Shown here piece after piece: positions 8,330 through 14,870 of a DNA stretch of 26,022 nt. A model generated the notes under the pieces. It did no database searches. It was not told where the DNA came from and worked only from the letters and a program-made list of their open reading frames with translations. The translations under genes were made by a program, and so were the position numbers. Positions within the stretch are counted from its first letter, which is position 1. The number at the start of each line of letters is the position of its first letter. The stretch covers positions 1 to 26,022 of the forward strand of contig CACXDQ010000033.1 of NCBI GenBank assembly GCA_902766475.1. Reading direction: 5' to 3'. The stretch comes from an uncultured Eubacteriales bacterium. GTDB lineage: Bacteria > Bacillota > Clostridia > Christensenellales > Borkfalkiaceae.

Positions 8330-8859
8330 TAAGAAAGATAAACGCAATACTTACGTCGCTTATTTTATTGGGCGTAATAATCCACGGCGTGTTTGCCTCG
8401 TTCGGGCTTTTCGGAGCTTCGGCAAACAGTATGAAACACCTTGCGAGGGTAATTTTCGTCCTTGTGGCTTTACATACTGCGATCGGGATATGGACGACTG
8501 TCGAAACTCTGATAGCTTTGAAGAGAGCCGGCGTTCACTATTTTAAAGGCAACCTGATGTTTTGGGCGAGAAGGATAAGCGGAATAGCAATAATGATACT
8601 TCTCGTCTTTCACCTCGTCATTTTCGACGTGGGCGAAGGAAGACTGAGCGTGTTCGACGGCGTGGCGCTTACTACGCAGATACTTCTCGTCGTATCTATC
8701 GTTTTACACGTCGTGATAAACGCCAAACCTATGCTCATATCCTTCGGTATAGGTCGATTAAAGGCACGTGTTGCGGATATTCTGTTTATTTTGTCGGTGC
8801 TTTTGGTCGTGTTTATAGCGGCATTTATAGTATATTATATAAGGTGGCACATCGCCTGA
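8326..8859 (+). CDS. SdhC/FrdC-like five-helix cytochrome b membrane anchor
   Basis: Five TM helices with His20, His50, His96 and His128 in helices 1-4. RRISGIAIMILLVFH resembles Bacillus-type cytochrome b558, and the gene directly precedes the flavoprotein and Fe-S genes. Confidence 0.7.
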   Translation: MIRKINAILTSLILLGVIIHGVFASFGLFGASANSMKHLARVIFVLVALHTAIGIWTTVETLIALKRAGVHYFKGNLMFWARRISGIAIMILLVFHLVIFDVGEGRLSVFDGVALTTQILLVVSIVLHVVINAKPMLISFGIGRLKARVADILFILSVLLVVFIAAFIVYYIRWHIA

Positions 8860-8871
8860 CGGGAGGAATTT

Positions 8872-10443
8872 ATGATAAACGTTATAGGCGCAGGTTTAAG
8901 CGGCATTTCGGCGGCGATAACCATAGCTAAATGCGGTAAAAAATGCAATCTCTTTTCCGTTCAACCGTCGGAGAGGGCGCAGTCCGTCCTTGCGGAAGGG
9001 GGGATAAACGCCGCACTCGACAATATGGGCGAGGGCGATACGGTAGAGGAACATTTCCTCGACACTATGAAAGGCGGAGTGTTTTTAGAGGACGAACAGA
9101 CTATAAAGGACTTTACAGCCGCCGCACCCGATATTGTAATGAAGTTGAAGGCGCTCGGCGTGCCGTTTCACTTAAACGGCGACAAGATAGCGCAGAGAAA
9201 TTTCGGCGGACAGAAGAAAAAGCGCACGGCGTTTTCAAAGAGCAGTACGGGCAAAGTTATTATGACCGCCCTTATCGACGAGGCGAGGAAATACGAAGAT
9301 AAAGGGTTTATAGCGAGGTTTCCTCATCATGAAGTCATAGATCTTTCAATATCGGGCGGCGCTTTTTGCGGCGTAACGGTAAGGGATATATACACGGGCA
9401 GGACGGCTGAATTTTTCGGCGCAACAATTCTTTGCGTCGGCGGTATGAACGGCATTTTCCCCGAAGTTACAACGGGTACGACGCAGAATAACGGCAACGT
9501 TCAGTCGATCGCCTTTTCAAAGGGCGTCGAGTTTTCCGATCTCGAATTTATTCAGTATCACCCGACGACGATAGCCGTTGCTGACAAGAGAATGCTTGTT
9601 TCCGAGGCGGCGAGGGGCGAGGGCGGCAGACTGTTTACCGTTAAAAACGGCAAGCCGTGGTATTTTATGGAAGAAAAATATCCCGTTTTAAAAAACCTTA
9701 TGCCCCGTGACGTCGTGTCGAGAGAATGTTATCTCGCAATTCACGACGGGCAAACGGACGGCAAGGTATATCTCGATTTAACGGGGCTTCCCGAAGAAGT
9801 CAAGAGGGATAAACTTTCCGATCTCTTCGAGGAAATAACCGCCTATAAGTCGATTGATCCGTCTGTAACGCCCGTTCCCGTCGAGCCGGGGATACACTAT
9901 TTTATGGGCGGGATAAGCGTCGATAAAGGGCATAGGACGAACGTAAAAGGTCTGTATGCCGCAGGCGAGTGCGCCTCGATATATCACGGTGCGAACAGGC
10001 TCGGCGGAAATTCCATGCTCGGCGCAATTTACGGCGGAACGGTTGCGGCGAAAACGGCGGTAGACGAAAATTACGAGTGCGCCGCCACGGATAACGGCTC
10101 GCATGAACTGCCGTTCGGATATGCGGAGAGAGCGGACGGCTCGCCGTCGTTCAATAAAAAACTAAGGGATATTCTCTTTGACGGGCTTGGAATAATAAGG
10201 GACGAAAAGGGGCTTATCTCTTCGCTTGAAAAGGTGGAAAAACTTATTTCCGAAACAAAGAACGAAACCGAGATGGCGAGGGCGACGCTCGGCAAGGCGA
10301 TGATACTCTCCGCAATAGAGAGGAAGGAGAGCCGTGGGGCGCATTACCGTGCGGACTTCCCCGAGCAAAGTGAAGAATACAAGGCTAAGTCGACGGCGGT
10401 ATTTTCGGGCGGCGAAATAGTCATAAAATTCAAAAAGGCGTGA
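8872..10443 (+). CDS. sdhA: Succinate dehydrogenase/fumarate reductase-like flavoprotein (atypical, lacks the covalent-FAD His)
   Basis: GAGLSG FAD motif, AEGGINA, RNFGG, QYHPT, SEAARGEGG, RDVVSR, HYFMGG, HGANRLGGNS and ESRGAHYRADFP. Confidence 0.85.
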   Translation: MINVIGAGLSGISAAITIAKCGKKCNLFSVQPSERAQSVLAEGGINAALDNMGEGDTVEEHFLDTMKGGVFLEDEQTIKDFTAAAPDIVMKLKALGVPFHLNGDKIAQRNFGGQKKKRTAFSKSSTGKVIMTALIDEARKYEDKGFIARFPHHEVIDLSISGGAFCGVTVRDIYTGRTAEFFGATILCVGGMNGIFPEVTTGTTQNNGNVQSIAFSKGVEFSDLEFIQYHPTTIAVADKRMLVSEAARGEGGRLFTVKNGKPWYFMEEKYPVLKNLMPRDVVSRECYLAIHDGQTDGKVYLDLTGLPEEVKRDKLSDLFEEITAYKSIDPSVTPVPVEPGIHYFMGGISVDKGHRTNVKGLYAAGECASIYHGANRLGGNSMLGAIYGGTVAAKTAVDENYECAATDNGSHELPFGYAERADGSPSFNKKLRDILFDGLGIIRDEKGLISSLEKVEKLISETKNETEMARATLGKAMILSAIERKESRGAHYRADFPEQSEEYKAKSTAVFSGGEIVIKFKKA

Positions 10444-10457
10444 GCGGAGGTCGGTAA

Positions 10458-11162
10458 ATGGCTATCTTTATAGAAATTTTAAGGACGAAAAACAGCGATA
10501 AACAATACTTTGAGACCTTTTTATACGAGCCTTTCGGCGATGGCGACACGATAGCTACGGCGCTTAAAAAGCTCAACGAGAGAGAGGAGCTTAAAGACGT
10601 TGACGGAAAAGCCGCCGAGAAGATCGAATGGGAATGCAGCTGCCTTCAAAAGAAGTGCGGCTCGTGCGCAATGGTCATAAACGGCAGACCGAGGCTTGCT
10701 TGCGACGCTAAAATAAGCGAGTTTAAAGGAAAAGTCAGAGTAGAGCCGCTCAAAAAATTTCCCGTTGTGTGCGATCTTACGGTCGATAGGTCGATACTTT
10801 TTGCAAATCTCAAAGAGATGAAGAGCTGGGTGCCCGACGAGAAAGAGGCGATTATAAACGGAAAGGAAATTCAATACGAGTCTTCAAGATGCCTTCAATG
10901 CGGTTGCTGTCTTGAAATTTGCCCCAACTTCTATTCGGGCGGCAAGTTCTTCGGCATGGCGGCGGGTGCGCTCACTTCAAGGCTTATATCGGAGCTTCCC
11001 AAAGGAGAGAGGGACGAGATAGCAAAGGCTTATAAAAAGCATTTTTACGCAGGTTGCGGCAAGTCGCTCGCTTGCAAGGACGTCTGTCCCGCCGGAATCG
11101 ACACCGAAAAACTTCTCGTAAACTCAAACGCCGTGGCAATATGGAAAAGAAAATCAAAATAA
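10458..11162 (+). CDS. sdhB: Succinate dehydrogenase/fumarate reductase-like iron-sulfur subunit
   Basis: [2Fe-2S] motif CLQKKCGSC...LAC, [4Fe-4S] motif CLQCGCCLEICP and [3Fe-4S] motif CGKSLACKDVCP. Confidence 0.88.
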   Translation: MAIFIEILRTKNSDKQYFETFLYEPFGDGDTIATALKKLNEREELKDVDGKAAEKIEWECSCLQKKCGSCAMVINGRPRLACDAKISEFKGKVRVEPLKKFPVVCDLTVDRSILFANLKEMKSWVPDEKEAIINGKEIQYESSRCLQCGCCLEICPNFYSGGKFFGMAAGALTSRLISELPKGERDEIAKAYKKHFYAGCGKSLACKDVCPAGIDTEKLLVNSNAVAIWKRKSK

Positions 11163-11176
11163 CCCCGTCCGTCCGC

Positions 11177-11205
11177 TTGACAATGCGGGCGGAAAATTAT
11201 ATAAT
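11177..11205 (+). promoter_or_regulatory. Consensus sigmaA promoter of the DUF4418/ABC module
   Basis: TTGACA (11177-11182), 17 nt, TATAAT (11200-11205). Confidence 0.85.
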
Positions 11206-11207
11206 AA

Positions 11208-11225
11208 AGTTAGTCAAAACTAACT
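11208..11225. promoter_or_regulatory. Operator palindrome AGTTAG-N6-CTAACT over the predicted transcription start
   Basis: Perfect 6-bp arms, and the same motif as the array at 180-327. Confidence 0.7.
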
Positions 11226-11238
11226 ATGAGGTGATTAT

Positions 11239-11664
11239 ATGTTGGTAAATAAGAGAAACGTAAAATTCGGCATAACGGACGTCGTCGTTTTCGTTATTTG
11301 CGCCGTGTTTACGGTCGGCATTTTTACTTGGTTTGCGCCGTGTGCGCCGATGGCGGAAGGAATGTATATGGTCTGTCATTGGGCGGGCAACGCCATCGCT
11401 TCGCTCGCAATACTTTTAACCGTCATCTCCGCCGTGCATATCTTATTGTCGGACGGGAAAATGAAGCTCGGCGTGGATATTTGCATTTTGTCGATTGCGA
11501 TAACGGCGGCGATAATACCGGGCAACGTAATTTCGCTATGCGCACATTCTTCGGCGCATTGCATGGAGCTTACAAAGCCGTTTACGATAGTTTTTTCCGT
11601 TTTGACGGCGCTTGCTGCGGCGTTTGATTTTTGTTACTACTTTATTAGAGAAAGAAAGAAATGA
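11239..11664 (+). CDS. DUF4418-like membrane protein with Cys/Met/His motifs
   Basis: About 4 TM segments with CAPMAEGMYMVCHW and LCAHSSAHCM. SD GAGGTG, and the stop overlaps the permease start. Confidence 0.75.
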   Translation: MLVNKRNVKFGITDVVVFVICAVFTVGIFTWFAPCAPMAEGMYMVCHWAGNAIASLAILLTVISAVHILLSDGKMKLGVDICILSIAITAAIIPGNVISLCAHSSAHCMELTKPFTIVFSVLTALAAAFDFCYYFIRERKK

Positions 11665-12866
11665 ATTTTTTTGCGGAGCTTTCGTTAAAAAACTTAAAGA
11701 GAAAACCGCTGAGGACTTTTGCGCTTTCCGCACTTGTCGCCCTCTTGTCTTTTGTCCTTTTCGGCGGCACTATTTTGGTAACGAGCCTTAAAAACGGGCT
11801 TGACAGTTACAGCGCAAGGCTTGGTGCGGACGTCGTGGTAGTTCCATATGCCGCTCGGTCGGAAGGACAGTTCGAGGACGTGCTTTTACAAGGTATCCCC
11901 GGCAATTTTTATATGAGTTCGTCTAAGATCGACAAGATAGCTAATGTCGAGGGCGTAGATAAGCTTTCTCCTCAATTTTTCCTCGCCTCGACGAGCGCAA
12001 GCTGTTGTTCGGCATCGGTACAGATAATAGGTTTCGATCCCGATACCGACTTTTCCGTTCTGCCGTGGGTAAACAGGAAGTACGGCGGAAGTATAGGGGA
12101 CGGGGATATAGTCGTCGGCTCGGAAATATCCGTAACGACGAGCGGAAAACTTAAATTTTACAACGTCGAATGTAACGTCGTCGCCACGCTTGAAAGGACG
12201 GGGACGGGGCTTGATACCGCCGTTTACGCCAATATGAATACCATTAAGCAGATGGCGAAAAACGCAAAGGAACTCGGCTTTACGTTTTTGGACGGGGTGA
12301 ACGTCGATAAGTCCGTTTCGGCGGTAATGATAAAGGTTAAAAGCGGTTACGACGCCGAGAGCGTTGCGGCGCAGATAAACATGGCGGTAACGGGCATACG
12401 CTCGGGCAGTTCGACGAGCTACGTCAGCGGCGTTGCCGGAGGGCTCGATAACGTTTCGGGCATAATAGGCGCTCTATCTGTAATGATATGGGTGCTTTCG
12501 GTGGTTATCCTCGGCGTGTCGCTCTTTGCGATATGCAACGAACGCGGTAAAGAATTTGCCGTGCTTCGTGCGATGGGTGCGTCTAAAAAGTCGCTCTATA
12601 AGTTGATTATCGTTGAAATTTCAATATTGTCGGCGGTCGGAGCGTCGGTCGGCGTTATACTTTCCGGGGCGTTTATATTGCCGTTCGGCGCAATTATAAG
12701 GAGAAGTTTGCAGATGCCATATTTAGTTCCCGAATGGTGGCAGTTAGCGCTCTTTGCGGTAGCGGCAGTTGTCATTTCGGTGCTGACGGGCGTTATAGCC
12801 TCATTGTTTTCTGTCAAAAAATTAAGCAAAAACGACGCAGGGCTTATGCTCAGGGAGGACGCTTGA
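11661..12866 (+). CDS. ABC transporter permease, MacB/FtsX-like, with ASCCS motif
   Basis: MacB topology, ERGKEFAVLRAMGA, and vicinal Cys in the extracytoplasmic domain. Confidence 0.88.
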   Translation: MNFFAELSLKNLKRKPLRTFALSALVALLSFVLFGGTILVTSLKNGLDSYSARLGADVVVVPYAARSEGQFEDVLLQGIPGNFYMSSSKIDKIANVEGVDKLSPQFFLASTSASCCSASVQIIGFDPDTDFSVLPWVNRKYGGSIGDGDIVVGSEISVTTSGKLKFYNVECNVVATLERTGTGLDTAVYANMNTIKQMAKNAKELGFTFLDGVNVDKSVSAVMIKVKSGYDAESVAAQINMAVTGIRSGSSTSYVSGVAGGLDNVSGIIGALSVMIWVLSVVILGVSLFAICNERGKEFAVLRAMGASKKSLYKLIIVEISILSAVGASVGVILSGAFILPFGAIIRRSLQMPYLVPEWWQLALFAVAAVVISVLTGVIASLFSVKKLSKNDAGLMLREDA

Positions 12867-13550
12867 ATGGTTGTAAAAGCTGAAAAGATAAGCAGAACTT
12901 TTTTGAGAAATAAGGCGGGCACTAACTTTTTCTATGCCGTTCAAAGTACCGATTTTCAAGCGGAGAGCGGCGAGTTTATAGAGATCGTCGGAAAGTCGGG
13001 CAGCGGAAAGAGTACGTTTTTAAATATGCTCGCAGGGCTTTTGACGCCGACTGAGGGCAAGGTATATATAGGAAATACCGACCTTTACCTTTCCGAGGAC
13101 GGAGAGAGGTCGCAATTCAGAAATGAAAATATAGGCGTTATTCCGCAAGGGCAGACGGGGCTTTTAAGCCTTACCGTCCTTGAAAACGTATTGCTTCCGT
13201 CGAAGATATACGGCAAATGCGACGGCGAAAAGATCGTAAGAGCCGAAGAGCTTTTAAAAGCCGTCGGGCTGTACGATTTAAAGGACGTCTACCCGAACGA
13301 GCTTTCGGGCGGCGAGATGAGGAGAATGGCGATTGCGAGGGCGCTTATAATGCAGCCTTCCGTCATTTTAGCCGACGAGCCGACGGGCGATCTCGACGAG
13401 GAAAATACGGCGCTTGTAATGAGTTTGCTAAAAAATGCGGCGAAGGGCGGCGCAACCGTCATAATGGTAACGCACGATAAAGACGCATTGTCGTATGCCG
13501 ATAAAGTTTACTCGATGAGTGGCGGCGTGTTGTCCGAAAAGACGGCGTAA
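12867..13550 (+). CDS. ABC transporter ATP-binding protein
   Basis: GKSGSGKS, LSGGEMRR, LADEPTG. Confidence 0.95.
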   Translation: MVVKAEKISRTFLRNKAGTNFFYAVQSTDFQAESGEFIEIVGKSGSGKSTFLNMLAGLLTPTEGKVYIGNTDLYLSEDGERSQFRNENIGVIPQGQTGLLSLTVLENVLLPSKIYGKCDGEKIVRAEELLKAVGLYDLKDVYPNELSGGEMRRMAIARALIMQPSVILADEPTGDLDEENTALVMSLLKNAAKGGATVIMVTHDKDALSYADKVYSMSGGVLSEKTA

Positions 13551-13599
13551 GCCACGCTATAAGTCGATTAAATGCGTTTTTTATAAAATACGTATTGAG

Positions 13600-13630
13600 A
13601 GGTTGTTAAAAAAAACAACCTTTTATTATA
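13600..13630 (+). terminator. Probable intrinsic terminator ending the cluster
   Basis: AGGTTGTT-a6-AACAACCT followed by a T-rich tract. Confidence 0.5.
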
Positions 13631-13639
13631 CCTTTTTTA

Positions 13640-13669
13640 TTGCACATCGTATTGAAATTATGTTATAAT
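13640..13669 (+). promoter_or_regulatory. Extended -10 promoter
   Basis: TTGCAC (13640-13645), 18 nt, TATAAT (13664-13669), preceded by TG. Confidence 0.55.
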
Positions 13670-13685
13670 GAAAAAAAGGTGAGTT

Positions 13686-13770
13686 ATGATTTTAAAAGAC
13701 GAGATAGCTTGTCGCAGAGAGAATTTGCCGAAAGATTAGGGGTAACTCACCAATCGGTGTGCAAACGTGA
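13686..13770 (+). pseudogene. XRE-type helix-turn-helix remnant
   Basis: ATG 13686 with SD gives MILKDEI. A different frame reads LSQREFAERLGVTHQSVCKRE, a typical XRE HTH segment, so the gene is frameshifted and truncated. Confidence 0.55.
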
Positions 13771-13777
13771 GGGAAAT

Positions 13778-14098
13778 ATGAGCATAACAATAAATATATA
13801 TTACAGTGGGAAGGGCGCAAGACAATTTGCCGAAGAGATGATAAAAAGCGGCGTGGCGGATATGGTGCGAGCCGAAGAAGGTAACGAGAGGTACGATTAT
13901 TTCTTGCCGCTCGGCGGCGAAGACGCCGTGCTTTTGATAGACAGCTGGGCTTCACAAGCCGCACTCGACAAGCATCATAATTCGCCTTTAATGGGCGAGA
14001 TCGCAAGGCTCAGGGAAAAATACGACGTTCATATGAGGGTAGAGAGATTTGTAAGCGAAGTCGGCAATAAAGACGACGAGAAATATATAAGGAGATAA
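13778..14098 (+). CDS. Antibiotic biosynthesis monooxygenase (ABM)/putative quinol monooxygenase family protein
   Basis: VRAEEGNERYDYF, LLIDSW and ALDKHHNSPLM motifs. Start at ATG 13778 (SD GAGGG); the track's upstream extension is the HTH remnant. Confidence 0.8.
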   Translation: MSITINIYYSGKGARQFAEEMIKSGVADMVRAEEGNERYDYFLPLGGEDAVLLIDSWASQAALDKHHNSPLMGEIARLREKYDVHMRVERFVSEVGNKDDEKYIRR

Positions 14099-14102
14099 TA
14101 AA

Positions 14103-14255
14103 ATGAGTGAAAAGATAGTGCAGACGGCAGGGAGAGAACAGCTCGGAGATTTTGCGCCGACGTTCGCCCGTTTAAACGACGACGTGCTGTTCGAAGAGGT
14201 TGCGGACGAACTCGGGCTAAACATGATAAGGTTTTGGGAAAAGGAGATGAAATGA
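14103..14255 (+). pseudogene. Truncated carboxymuconolactone decarboxylase-family gene (50 codons)
   Basis: MSEKIVQTAGREQLGDFAPTFARLNDDVLF matches the typical N-terminus of this family. The sequence then diverges and stops at 14255. Confidence 0.65.
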
Positions 14256-14794
14256 TTATGTTTAAGATAAGGACGAGGGCTTTGATTTTTGCGCTCGCTT
14301 GCTTGTTACTGTCGTTATTTCTTTTTTCATGCGGAGGAGGAAGAGTTTCGGAAAGCTCCGTCATAGATGATAAGACAGGCGGCACGGCGCAGACGGACGA
14401 GGGCGTAAGCGATATTGAAAGAGAGGAAGAAGAAATGAAAATGTACGTTTATATCAACGGAAACAAGCTCGAAGCAGAACTTGTAAACAACTCTTCGGCG
14501 GCGGCTTTATATGAGCTTTTGAAAAAGGGCGATATCGTATATACCGCCGACGATTACGGCAATTTCGAGAAAGTGGGCGGTATAGGGCATACTCTGCCGC
14601 AGAACAACGAGAGGATAGATACCGTTTCGGGCGACGTAATACTCTATCAAGGTACGAGCGTATGCCTTTATTACGGCAAAAACAGTTGGAATTTTACGAG
14701 GCTCGGGCGAATAAACGGCTATACGGATAGCGAACTAAGAAGTCTTTTAGGCGCAGGGAAAGGCGAAACGGAAGTTAAACTCAGTTTAAAATGA
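14252..14794 (+). CDS. Cyclophilin-like fold lipoprotein
   Basis: Lipobox LFSC with DYGNFEK, GDVILYQG and WNFTRLGRI motifs. Start at 14252 or 14258 (SD AAGGAG). Confidence 0.75.
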   Translation: MIMFKIRTRALIFALACLLLSLFLFSCGGGRVSESSVIDDKTGGTAQTDEGVSDIEREEEEMKMYVYINGNKLEAELVNNSSAAALYELLKKGDIVYTADDYGNFEKVGGIGHTLPQNNERIDTVSGDVILYQGTSVCLYYGKNSWNFTRLGRINGYTDSELRSLLGAGKGETEVKLSLK

Positions 14795-14816
14795 ACGAAG
14801 TTTAAAATGAACGAAG
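14784..14816. repeat. 16-bp tandem duplication spanning the stop codon
   Basis: GTTTAAAATGAACGAA occurs at 14784-14799 and 14800-14815. Confidence 0.85.
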
Positions 14817-14824
14817 AAAAAGCG

Positions 14825-14858
14825 AGGCGGAAACTTAAAGAGTTTCCGCCTTACTTTT
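14825..14858. terminator. Bidirectional terminator between convergent genes
   Basis: AGGCGGAAACT-taaag-AGTTTCCGCCT, with an A-run before and a T-rich run after. Confidence 0.8.
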
Positions 14859-14870
14859 ATATCGCTTTTT

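Noticed and set aside
8872-10443. L-aspartate oxidase NadB (similar length, non-covalent FAD)
   Set aside because: It has the Sdh/Frd-type RNFGG loop rather than NadB's EGGHS, is flanked by SdhB- and SdhC-like genes, and no nadA or nadC is present.
352-13550. Iron cluster as a recently acquired mobile island
   Set aside because: No integrase, transposase or flanking direct repeats are seen, and codon style looks like that of the housekeeping genes by eye.
13640-13777. 152-aa HTH-ABM fusion protein as in the ORF track
   Set aside because: The TTG start coincides with the -35 element and has no SD. The ABM gene has its own SD and ATG at 13778.
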